IMG/VR virus record: IMGVR_UViG_3300031911_000001
Location: 1 to 37,880 of that record
DNA length: 37,880 nt
From: a virus
Taxonomy: Duplodnaviria > Heunggongvirae > Uroviricota > Caudoviricetes
Direction: 5' to 3' (one strand)
Part shown: positions 7,274 to 14,472 of the stretch, in pieces
How positions within the stretch are numbered: position 1 is the stretch's first letter
Layout: the number at the start of each line of letters is the position of its first letter
Program-made: the position numbers and the translations under genes
The notes under the pieces: model-generated
Database searches by the model: none
What the model saw: the letters and a program-made list of their open reading frames with translations, nothing else
What the model was told of the DNA's origin: nothing

Positions 7274-7348
7274 TGGTGGCCCCGATCGGATTCGAACCGA
7301 CAACCCGGGAGTTTAGAAGTCCACGCTCTACCGTTGAGCTACAGGGCC
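7274..7348 (-). tRNA. tRNA, most likely anticodon CUA (amber suppressor); CCA end is encoded
   Basis: GGCCCTG TA GCTC AACGGTA GAGC G TGGAC TT-CTA-AA CTCCC GGGTT GTCGG TTCGAAT CCGAT CGGGGCC A CCA. Acceptor, D and T arms pair normally. Standard spacing and the GGA/TCC symmetry put CTA (7314-7316) at positions 34-36. Confidence 0.85.
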
Positions 7349-7356
7349 ATTTTTGT

Positions 7357-7656
7357 TTACACGCCGTAGACTGCCTTGGTTGCAGCCAACCCATTGTTGA
7401 GGATGGTCGTAAGGGCCATCTTTGCCTTTTCGCGAGCCGGGGCCGTCTTGCCGGGCATTTCCTTGACTTCCAACACACAGGGCCAAACGGTGCCGTTGTC
7501 GTTGATCGCATCGACCATCAAACGGCCTTGGACCACATCGCTCTTTTTACCGTAGCGTTCTGCGAGTTCCGAAGACCAAGAATCGTGGAAAGTGATTCGG
7601 GCCGTAGCAAGATCGACTTTGTAACCGATGTTCAGGGTAACGATTTGTTGGGCCAT
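7357..7656 (-). CDS. Hypothetical early protein, co-transcribed with the tRNA
   Basis: MAQQIVTL... with strong SD and promoter; the stop lies 8 nt upstream of the tRNA. Confidence 0.75.
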   Translation of the reverse strand: MAQQIVTLNIGYKVDLATARITFHDSWSSELAERYGKKSDVVQGRLMVDAINDNGTVWPCVLEVKEMPGKTAPAREKAKMALTTILNNGLAATKAVYGV

Positions 7657-7688
7657 TTTCACTTCTCCAAGTGGTTTACAGTGCCTCT

Positions 7689-7716
7689 AGTATAACCGTT
7701 TGAAAGACACCGTCAA
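7689..7716 (-). promoter_or_regulatory. Sigma70-type promoter
   Basis: TTGACG-16 nt-TATACT, with imperfect inverted repeat GTGTCTTT/AGAGGCAC around the -10. Confidence 0.7.
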
Positions 7717-7724
7717 CAAATATT

Positions 7725-8042
7725 TCAAGAATATTTGATCTCCGTCTTCAACTCGACCTTCACCTTCTTGCAGATGTATGCCTGAAACTTCTGACGACCA
7801 TACGACCGGGTCATGTTGTCCTTGATCCATGCCTCGAACTGGGCACGGTCCTTGAACTCCTTGAAGACCTGATTCTCGACTGTGTGCTCAGGGTAGCCAT
7901 GACCCGGATGGGTACGACTACGCTCGTCCCCGGGGATCGTCGTCGATTCAGTGATGACGACAGCAAGTACCTCATCTGGATCGTACTGATCGACATCGGG
8001 GCGCTTGAAATCATCCATGTCTGTTCCGTAGATTGGTCCCAT
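7725..8042 (-). CDS. Hypothetical protein
   Basis: 105 aa ORF in the operon; motif PGDERSRT.PGHGYP. Confidence 0.7.
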   Translation of the reverse strand: MGPIYGTDMDDFKRPDVDQYDPDEVLAVVITESTTIPGDERSRTHPGHGYPEHTVENQVFKEFKDRAQFEAWIKDNMTRSYGRQKFQAYICKKVKVELKTEIKYS

Positions 8043-8045
8043 AGA

Positions 8046-8255
8046 TCACCAACGTGGTTGACGGTAGTAGTAGCCACCATAGCGGTAGCCGGGAGGGTGA
8101 TGGTAGTAGCCCGGGGTCGGGTGGACCACCACGGCAGGGGCTCGAGACACGCCGATTCCGATGTTGACCGGAGTGGCATAGACCTGCCCCGTTGGACTGA
8201 CGGCACACCCTGTGAGGGTTGCACCCAAGATGATTGCTAGGATTTGTTTCTTCAT
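8046..8255 (-). CDS. Small lipoprotein with Tyr/Pro/Gly-rich tail
   Basis: MKKQILAIILGATLTGC (lipobox LTGC), tail PGYYHHPPGYRYGGYYY. Confidence 0.75.
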   Translation of the reverse strand: MKKQILAIILGATLTGCAVSPTGQVYATPVNIGIGVSRAPAVVVHPTPGYYHHPPGYRYGGYYYRQPRW

Positions 8256-8261
8256 GGCTTG

Positions 8262-8289
8262 AGTTTACCCCTCATGTTTTCAATGTCAA
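8262..8289 (-). promoter_or_regulatory. Possible sigma70-type promoter
   Basis: TTGACA-16 nt-TAAACT, ending 6 nt before the ATG at 8255. Confidence 0.5.
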
Positions 8290-8504
8290 GGGAAGAAGTC
8301 GTCCTTGACATTCAATTCGGTGACACGGTGACCGAGTCGCTCCAAGAGCTGGACGACCATGTACCGTGAGATGCTGTGGCCTTCCTCAAAGAGGACGCCG
8401 TCGATCTTGATCTGGACCCAGTCTCCTGAGCCCATGCTGTTAGCTATGATCTCGACGTTTCCACGGGTTTCGAGTTGGTTCGGAGGGAGGTAATGCTGAC
8501 TCAT
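8286..8504 (-). CDS. Hypothetical protein
   Basis: Likely start MSQHYLP; globular-looking 72 aa. Confidence 0.55.
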   Translation of the reverse strand: MSQHYLPPNQLETRGNVEIIANSMGSGDWVQIKIDGVLFEEGHSISRYMVVQLLERLGHRVTELNVKDDFFP

Positions 8505-8682
8505 TTGCGGGTCCTGGACAGAAGCGGGTATCGAATTGAACTGCCATCGCCATCCCATCAATGGTCGGGGAGTTTTGCATGTAGGCACTCGGCTGACCGA
8601 ATGCCGGGATGTGACCATGCTTGATCGTTTCCGGCCATTGCTTGCCGGTGTTGACCAAGGTCAGTAGGTAGTGAGAGTTCAC
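8440..8682 (-). CDS. Hypothetical protein
   Basis: GTGA overlap with the upstream stop, but overlaps the next ORF by about 65 nt. Confidence 0.4.
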   Translation of the reverse strand: MNSHYLLTLVNTGKQWPETIKHGHIPAFGQPSAYMQNSPTIDGMAMAVQFDTRFCPGPANESALPPSEPTRNPWKRRDHS

Positions 8683-9044
8683 TTCTTGAGCATCTCGGTC
8701 AGGATTTGGTCACGCCCCAAATCACCTTCCCATGCCCAGTCGAAGCGGTTGGTGAAGAGGAACTCGACGTCGGTGCGATCGAGCATCTCGTCCATGTCAC
8801 CATACGACGACCATGCACAGATTCCACCCAGTTGTTCGACCCGCTCCCACGTCCATTTGACGTTGCAGCCCATCAAATGCCTGAGCTTCCGGTAACGGGC
8901 AGCATCACGCCAGATGCGCCACGGAGTGAACCACGGTGCCCACATCTTGATCTTGAGGAGCAGGGTCTTCAGCTTGACCTTGCGGGTCTCACGCTTGGTT
9001 CGGCGAATCTCACGTTTGAGGGATTGGTTGACGGTAAGGGTCAT
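8679..9044 (-). CDS. Hypothetical protein with basic N-terminus
   Basis: MTLTVNQ... with ATGA overlap; contains a RDAARYRKLR motif. Confidence 0.65.
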   Translation of the reverse strand: MTLTVNQSLKREIRRTKRETRKVKLKTLLLKIKMWAPWFTPWRIWRDAARYRKLRHLMGCNVKWTWERVEQLGGICAWSSYGDMDEMLDRTDVEFLFTNRFDWAWEGDLGRDQILTEMLKK

Positions 9045-9223
9045 TGAGTGCTCCATTGAATGTATGCCACCAGCATGGCCGGTGGGTAGAAAAAGATGTC
9101 AACGACGATCGCCCATTTGGACGGACGGTCTCGCCATGTGCGCTTGAATACGACCAGACCGTACCATAGCAGGCTTCCGATCACGTAGGCCAGCAAGACC
9201 AGCAAAATGAATAGGAGTTCCAT
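9041..9223 (-). CDS. Small membrane protein (2 TM)
   Basis: MELLFILLVLLAYVIGSLLWYGLVVF...; TAATG overlap. Confidence 0.6.
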   Translation of the reverse strand: MELLFILLVLLAYVIGSLLWYGLVVFKRTWRDRPSKWAIVVDIFFYPPAMLVAYIQWSTQ

Positions 9224-9450
9224 TACTTTTGCTTGATGAATGGAGCCGTCAACCAGCCCACGACGAACCAGAAGACCAAGAAGCTGAACCAATAGGCCAC
9301 GATGCCGGGGAAGGCAATGCGATTCGCCAGCTTCTCGAGCCTGCTCAAACCACGTTCACCGACCTTGGCGGTATGCCAACTGGACTTGTTCCTCGTCACG
9401 CAGAAGCATGCATAGAGGCAGAGCACGACGAGCAGGTAGATCAGGATCAT
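9223..9450 (-). CDS. Small membrane protein (2 TM)
   Basis: Two hydrophobic stretches; ATGA overlap with the queE stop. Confidence 0.6.
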   Translation of the reverse strand: MILIYLLVVLCLYACFCVTRNKSSWHTAKVGERGLSRLEKLANRIAFPGIVAYWFSFLVFWFVVGWLTAPFIKQK

Positions 9451-10289
9451 TCGATAGCTCCGAACAGGTGGGTCTGGTAGCTCAGGCGCAGGCCATGCAG
9501 CAGAGCATACTGGGCGGCGTATCGGTAGTTCTCACCGGTTGCCTGGAAGTCGATCTCGTCCGTGTGCCAGATCGAACTGATGCGACCCTCGGGGTACGAC
9601 TTGAGGTAGACCGCCATGCCCGAGACGTACAGCACGGTGCCGGTTTCCTTGCAACGTTCGATGACGCTGGACGGAATCGTGTGGTAAGGAGACTCGGGGT
9701 CCGAACTCACCACGTACTTGAGGAACGTCTCGTACTCAAGGCGCCCACCCTTTGGAGTGAACCATGTGTCCTTTGCCTTGGGGTATGCGTTCTTCGTGGC
9801 CGCAACCTTGGGGCTGATCACGATCATTGGCGCCTTAGCGTAGACGCTGACGCCGGTGAAGGTGTCTTCACGTACGAAGTAGCCGTTGGTCTCGATCTGG
9901 AACTGGAAGTTCATGCCGAAATAGACCATCTGGTTGATCAGGGCAGTGATGGCGTCCTGTTGGAGCAGGGGCTCACCGCCGGTGACGACGACGTGTTCTG
10001 CCTTGCCTCCTGCCGCCGTGATGATGCGACGTGCAAGGTCATCGATCTTGTAGACCCGGCCCTTGTCGAAGTCGAACTTCGTGTCGCAGAACGGGCAATC
10101 TTCCTTGGCCCCAAGGTTACACCCCGCAAGGCGCACGAAAACCGTTGGAATACCCCCTAGCGGGCCTTCTCCTTGGATTGTGTAGAAGGGGGCCCCGGTA
10201 AGGAGAATCTCGTCGTCTTCAAGGACGCGCCGATAGTCCGCGAAGCTCACGTTCCGGTCGATATTGATGGGGATGATTTTTTGGGTCAT
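9447..10289 (-). CDS. queE: QueE-like radical SAM enzyme (7-carboxy-7-deazaguanine synthase)
   Basis: FYTIQGEG...VFVRLAGCNLGAKEDCPFCDT, VVVTGGEPLLQ, IETNG, ISPK, LSYQTH. Confidence 0.85.
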   Translation of the reverse strand: MTQKIIPINIDRNVSFADYRRVLEDDEILLTGAPFYTIQGEGPLGGIPTVFVRLAGCNLGAKEDCPFCDTKFDFDKGRVYKIDDLARRIITAAGGKAEHVVVTGGEPLLQQDAITALINQMVYFGMNFQFQIETNGYFVREDTFTGVSVYAKAPMIVISPKVAATKNAYPKAKDTWFTPKGGRLEYETFLKYVVSSDPESPYHTIPSSVIERCKETGTVLYVSGMAVYLKSYPEGRISSIWHTDEIDFQATGENYRYAAQYALLHGLRLSYQTHLFGAIE

Positions 10290-10755
10290 AGTTTCCTTGT
10301 TGTATGACGAGTTCTGGGCCTCGAGCTACGATTGTAACCCGTTTTGAAGGATCATTGGTTGAAGTTCGTGTGTAATCACGTCCTCCGTCGATGCTGACTG
10401 ATCCGTCCTGTGAAGTTACATAGTCGTGTCGGAATCGACTGTAGATAACTTCACCGTTGTCGGCTTCAAGGCCGTCGATGGGTTCACAGAAGGCGCTCTC
10501 ACCATTGACGATCGAGACCTTGTCACCGTATGCACCCTTGATGAAGGCAAAGTAGTGGCTGTGGCCGACACTGGGCACAGGTTGATAGAAGACCGGGCTG
10601 GCAAAGTCTTGCCATTCGTAGTCGTTCTTCTTCAGGCAGTGGAAGCCCATGAACTTCACATGACCATCGGAACGACTGTAGACCCTGCTCACCTTGCGGC
10701 AGAGATCAGGAGACCACCCAAAGGCCAGGAAGTCGGTGTTGTTCATGAGGTACAT
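10219..10755 (-). CDS. Conserved phage hypothetical protein
   Basis: Likely start MYLMNN; C-terminal SRFRHDYVTS...SIDGGRDY.R is a recurring phage motif. Confidence 0.7.
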   Translation of the reverse strand: MYLMNNTDFLAFGWSPDLCRKVSRVYSRSDGHVKFMGFHCLKKNDYEWQDFASPVFYQPVPSVGHSHYFAFIKGAYGDKVSIVNGESAFCEPIDGLEADNGEVIYSRFRHDYVTSQDGSVSIDGGRDYTRTSTNDPSKRVTIVARGPELVIQQGNYDPKNHPHQYRPERELRGLSARP

Positions 10756-10757
10756 GG

Positions 10758-10964
10758 TCAGCCCTCCCAGATATCGTTGTACCAAGTCTTGAGTTCTTCC
10801 ATGCTCACGATCAATTGGTCACCCCTGCATTTGTGAACCACAGGCTTGTCGCACTCGATGACAAGGGTCGCGAATGCTCGCATCGAGATTGGAATGTCTT
10901 CGATTTCTGCCTCTACGAAGAGAACACTGGAGATGCCATGATGGAGAAATTGAATGACGATCAT
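10758..10964 (-). CDS. Hypothetical protein
   Basis: 68 aa ORF, operon-coupled. Confidence 0.55.
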   Translation of the reverse strand: MIVIQFLHHGISSVLFVEAEIEDIPISMRAFATLVIECDKPVVHKCRGDQLIVSMEELKTWYNDIWEG

Positions 10965-11158
10965 GCTTTGCCTTTGATGTCCCGGTGGGCCAGACAGTAG
11001 AGACTGTCGGTGTTGTCGGCTGTGACGTGATAACCCGCCACGTCGATCATCTTGATCTGGAGTTGCTTGATCATCTCCTGACCTTTGGCGGTGATGGACT
11101 CCCGCAGCTTCTCTTGAGCCGGTCCCCAGAGGACGACTACATCGTTAACGCGATACAT
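10961..11158 (-). CDS. Hypothetical protein
   Basis: 65 aa ORF, operon-coupled. Confidence 0.55.
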   Translation of the reverse strand: MYRVNDVVVLWGPAQEKLRESITAKGQEMIKQLQIKMIDVAGYHVTADNTDSLYCLAHRDIKGKA

Positions 11159-11415
11159 TCAAACGCCTTTCCGGTAGGGTGTTCGTAGGAGGCTTCCAGG
11201 TCATCGAGCATGTCGATCACGGTCGTACGTTCCTGGACGCAGAAAATCTTCGTGTTGAAGGCCACCAGCATCATCGGGACATTGGCCAATTCACGTGCTC
11301 GAATCGCTTCGACAGCCACATGAATGAACTCGGTGTTGTCCTTTGCCTCAACAAAGATGACCATTTCTTTGTTGAGTTCGTAACTCTCGAAATTCTCAAG
11401 GTGAAGGTATTTCAT
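11137..11415 (-). CDS. Hypothetical protein; ends in TAG
   Basis: 92 aa ORF starting 3 nt after the previous stop. Confidence 0.6.
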   Translation of the reverse strand: MKYLHLENFESYELNKEMVIFVEAKDNTEFIHVAVEAIRARELANVPMMLVAFNTKIFCVQERTTVIDMLDDLEASYEHPTGKAFECIALTM

Positions 11416-11418
11416 GAT

Positions 11419-12093
11419 TTATGCCGTTTCCGTCAAAAGAACCTGATAATGTTTTTCGAGCATGCGGCTCACTTCGACGGGCAGGTGTCCGGCAAAGAAG
11501 CACTCGACGAGCAGAGCGCCAATGGAGATTTCTTGCTTGAGTGGCTTGTCTTCCTTTCGGAAATGATTGCCTGTGAGCTTCGCCATGATGGAATAAAGGC
11601 GTTGAGTCGAGCCATGGCCATTGAAGGGGTCTTCAAGGAACATATCTTCATCAACAGGAAGGTCGCAGAGCTTGTAGCACAGGAATTTCTCGATGCAGTC
11701 AAGGCAAATACCGCATTGTTCTTCTTCGATCTCACGGTGAGCACAATCACCGTTATTCAGCTTATGATCCGGCTTATCCTTGACGACGTCAATAAGCTGG
11801 AGTTTGGCAAAGGGGAAGTAAAAGCGCACATCAATTCCTTGCTCCAGGAATTTGGCTTTGAGTGTCTTGACTTGAGAGTTCCAGTACGGCGATTCCACCT
11901 CGGTGGCTTCCCACAGAGTGGGCACGTAAAGGTCAATGACCGTGTCTTCAAAGATGATGCCGTCGAGGCTATTGGTCAGGTCGGTGTTCGCGAGAATACG
12001 AACGATATCCCGGTTCAAAACTCCACGTTCGGCTTTGATCCAGCCTTGGAGCATTTGAGAAGCATCATCACCACGGTCGAGCATATAAATCAT
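11419..12093 (-). CDS. QueC-like (PP-loop/Zn-binding) protein with a degenerate PP-loop
   Basis: C-terminal FPFAKL..IDVV...C-x9-CGICLDC...LEDP resembles the QueC Zn site. N-terminal IYMLDRGDDAS aligns with the SGGxDS position but is degenerate. Confidence 0.45.
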   Translation of the reverse strand: MIYMLDRGDDASQMLQGWIKAERGVLNRDIVRILANTDLTNSLDGIIFEDTVIDLYVPTLWEATEVESPYWNSQVKTLKAKFLEQGIDVRFYFPFAKLQLIDVVKDKPDHKLNNGDCAHREIEEEQCGICLDCIEKFLCYKLCDLPVDEDMFLEDPFNGHGSTQRLYSIMAKLTGNHFRKEDKPLKQEISIGALLVECFFAGHLPVEVSRMLEKHYQVLLTETA

Positions 12094-12189
12094 ATCAACT
12101 AATCCCAAAAATTATTCACAGTTCTATCTTACCTGAGGGGTTTTCAATCAATGGGATTTAATCGATATCTGCTAACTCGTATGACAATC

Positions 12190-12423
12190 TCAGCCGACAA
12201 CTGACGTTGAAAGTTGTGCTTGATTGAGGATATTGTTGATTTGGTCTTTCCAGATCCAAACCTTTGACAACGGGCAAAGGAGAACGGCTCCTTTGATTGT
12301 TTTGCGCACCTCAATTACGGTATTGCTCGTGTTACGAACAAGGGTAGTAATTTTGTGGAGGTCCTCTGTTTTGAGGATCGCGAGAGGCAGCAGGGGTTCT
12401 GTAATTTCCGTCGGCATGGTCAT
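12190..12423 (-). CDS. Hypothetical protein
   Basis: 77 aa ORF in an AT-richer segment. Confidence 0.5.
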   Translation of the reverse strand: MTMPTEITEPLLPLAILKTEDLHKITTLVRNTSNTVIEVRKTIKGAVLLCPLSKVWIWKDQINNILNQAQLSTSVVG

Positions 12424-12589
12424 ACTGTAACCGAATCCTATACGTTCCCACGAGGGAGACAGACAAAAATTAAAGTGAAAATACTACAGACAAGTAACCA
12501 GACTGTGTATATAATCTCGCTCCCTGACTGTCAGACTGGCCTCAGTACAGGGATGTTAACGACGTAACTGTAGTGCTTTTCTATGCGAT

Positions 12590-12985
12590 TCACCGAAGGC
12601 GAGTGAGTTGAATCGTCTCTGTGAAGGGTGTTTCTTGGTCTAGTGCGTAAAAAACAACAGAAACGAACACAGATTGACGATCCGTGGAGTTGTACACGTT
12701 GACCTCCTTGACTCTCACTCTGGGCTCATGGTTCTTAATCGTTTCGCTAATCTTACTCTGCAGCGTGTATGCCAGAAGAGGCGTGTTGTTCTTGAACAAC
12801 AATTTGAATACGCCACCCCCGATGTTCAAGTCTCCGACGAACTCTCCCTCTGCAGTCATGACCAGATTCCGGATGGACTGAAGGAGTGCATCTACCCCTC
12901 GCTTCTTGGTCAGGTCACCCGTTACCGGGTGTGCAGTGAACCGTAGGTCGATGTCGGTGTACGCGTTTTGTAGTTCTTTTCTCAT
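12590..12985 (-). CDS. 25: Baseplate wedge subunit gp25
   Basis: YTDIDLRFTAHPVTGDL...QSIRNLVMT..GE...IGG....LF...I...EPRV.V; directly downstream of gp5. Confidence 0.9.
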   Translation of the reverse strand: MRKELQNAYTDIDLRFTAHPVTGDLTKKRGVDALLQSIRNLVMTAEGEFVGDLNIGGGVFKLLFKNNTPLLAYTLQSKISETIKNHEPRVRVKEVNVYNSTDRQSVFVSVVFYALDQETPFTETIQLTRLR

Positions 12986-14472
12986 GGTGTTTCCTCATCT
13001 GGTTCGAACACGGAGTCATCCTTGACTCGATACCAGTTGCCTTCTCCTGTGTCTGGGTCGATTGTCTGCCAGTAACAGAGGGCCGGTGGCTCCCCTGTCT
13101 TGTCCATGACCTGGAATCGAGTACCGTTGATGATCACTTCTTTCTCGAAGGTGACGTTTTCCTTGTTCTCGACTGGCTCTTTCATCTTGATATTGTCGCC
13201 ACTGAGGTCGATGGAGTCGCTAAAGGACTTGTCACCACCGCCACCGGCCGCACCGATGAAGAGCATACCGACCAGAGCGATACCCGCAGTCAGGGTTCCT
13301 GCTGTAGCCGTCGTCATCGTTGCAGTGGTCATGGTCGCCGTCGTGGCGGTCATGTCGGTAAAGGTTGCTGTCGGTCCCTGCAGTTCCTCTTCAAATGACA
13401 ATAGGGGCGTGTTCGCCTGCACCCGGTCCGGGGACTCCAGCGTCATGCTTCCACCCGTCTTAAGGACGATATCGCCCTCGACGTTCTTATAGGACTGGCC
13501 CGACACACTAATAGTCTCGTCGCCCTCTGTCTGCTGCTTCTTGTCGCCCTTGGTAATCTCCATGTGGTCGAGAGCCGACTTAATGGTCAGATTCCCAGTC
13601 GAGTCAACCTGATAGTAAGTTCCGGCTCGGTGGTAGATGTGGATTCGCTCGTTGCCGGGAGTGTCGTCGATCTCAATGATGTGGCCTGACTTGCTTTCGT
13701 AGGTGCGATTGTCAGGATACGAAGACTTGTTCCCGGTGTAGGCCGGCTCAGACATGGACGTAGTCTTGGCAATCGGAGTCGGCTCTTTCGAGATAGTCGT
13801 CGTCTTGTCCGGCTCTACCTCTGCGGCCTTGTCCTTGTCGGTGTCTGGACTCTCGTCATCCAATACCTTCAGGGCTCTCTGATACAGGGCATTACGGTCA
13901 GCAGCACCGTTCATTCCACCGTTGATACGACGAGTGATCGTGTCGAACTCTTTACGGTCGGCATAGTTGTTCAGGCCTTTGCTGCCCCAGAACCAGCCTG
14001 CCGACATTGCAGCGTTTGAATCGGTCAGCAATGCATCTGGTTCTTTGATCAGATTCAGGTCCAATGCCTTGGAACATGCCGTGTAATTCTCTTTACCGGT
14101 GACCTGAATAAGGCCACGGCCACGGTATTTGTAGCCCTCTCCTGAGGCCTCATTACCGTTGCCCATGCGATTGGCGTATACACGTGAGCCAATACGTTCA
14201 GGCTGACGAGCATAGTCCTCGGCTTGTTGGGCATTGAAATACTTCCCGAACGTCTTCGTCAGGCCATCGGCCGAGTAGTTCAGGTTCTCTTCCTTCAGCC
14301 TGAGGCGACCGGATTCATGACCAACCTGAGCGATCCAAGCCGCAATGCGCAGTTTGGAATTGATGGTGTATTTTTCCATCGCCGCATCGAGGTGAGGCAT
14401 CCACTGCCCAGCAACGGATTCGGTGATCGAGAGGATTTTGGCCAGCTTGGCCGTGGTGAGGATGGTGCCCAT
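12982..14472 (-). CDS. 5: GH19 lysozyme/chitinase-like domain fused to the gp5 C-terminal (spike) region
   Basis: AQVGHESG, YRGRGLIQVTGKENY and TRRINGG.NG..DR (GH19). YPDNRTYESKSGHIIEIDDTPGNERIHIYHRAGTY matches the T4 gp5 C-terminal region, followed by beta-repeat-like sequence. Confidence 0.85.
   Translation of the reverse strand: MGTILTTAKLAKILSITESVAGQWMPHLDAAMEKYTINSKLRIAAWIAQVGHESGRLRLKEENLNYSADGLTKTFGKYFNAQQAEDYARQPERIGSRVYANRMGNGNEASGEGYKYRGRGLIQVTGKENYTACSKALDLNLIKEPDALLTDSNAAMSAGWFWGSKGLNNYADRKEFDTITRRINGGMNGAADRNALYQRALKVLDDESPDTDKDKAAEVEPDKTTTISKEPTPIAKTTSMSEPAYTGNKSSYPDNRTYESKSGHIIEIDDTPGNERIHIYHRAGTYYQVDSTGNLTIKSALDHMEITKGDKKQQTEGDETISVSGQSYKNVEGDIVLKTGGSMTLESPDRVQANTPLLSFEEELQGPTATFTDMTATTATMTTATMTTATAGTLTAGIALVGMLFIGAAGGGGDKSFSDSIDLSGDNIKMKEPVENKENVTFEKEVIINGTRFQVMDKTGEPPALCYWQTIDPDTGEGNWYRVKDDSVFEPDEETP

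Noticed and set aside
7274-7348. Calling the tRNA Arg(UCU)
   Set aside because: That register leaves the anticodon stem largely unpaired (GTGGA/ACTCC) and removes position 26. The CUA register keeps standard spacing and symmetric pairing. It is not fully excluded (see finding).
7248-7511. 87-aa ORF across the tRNA
   Set aside because: It is a chance frame through the tRNA and the upstream gene.
13290-13370. TATMTTATMTTATAG repeat in the gp5 C-terminal part as a separate repeat element
   Set aside because: It is explained as beta-helix/spike-type coding repeats.
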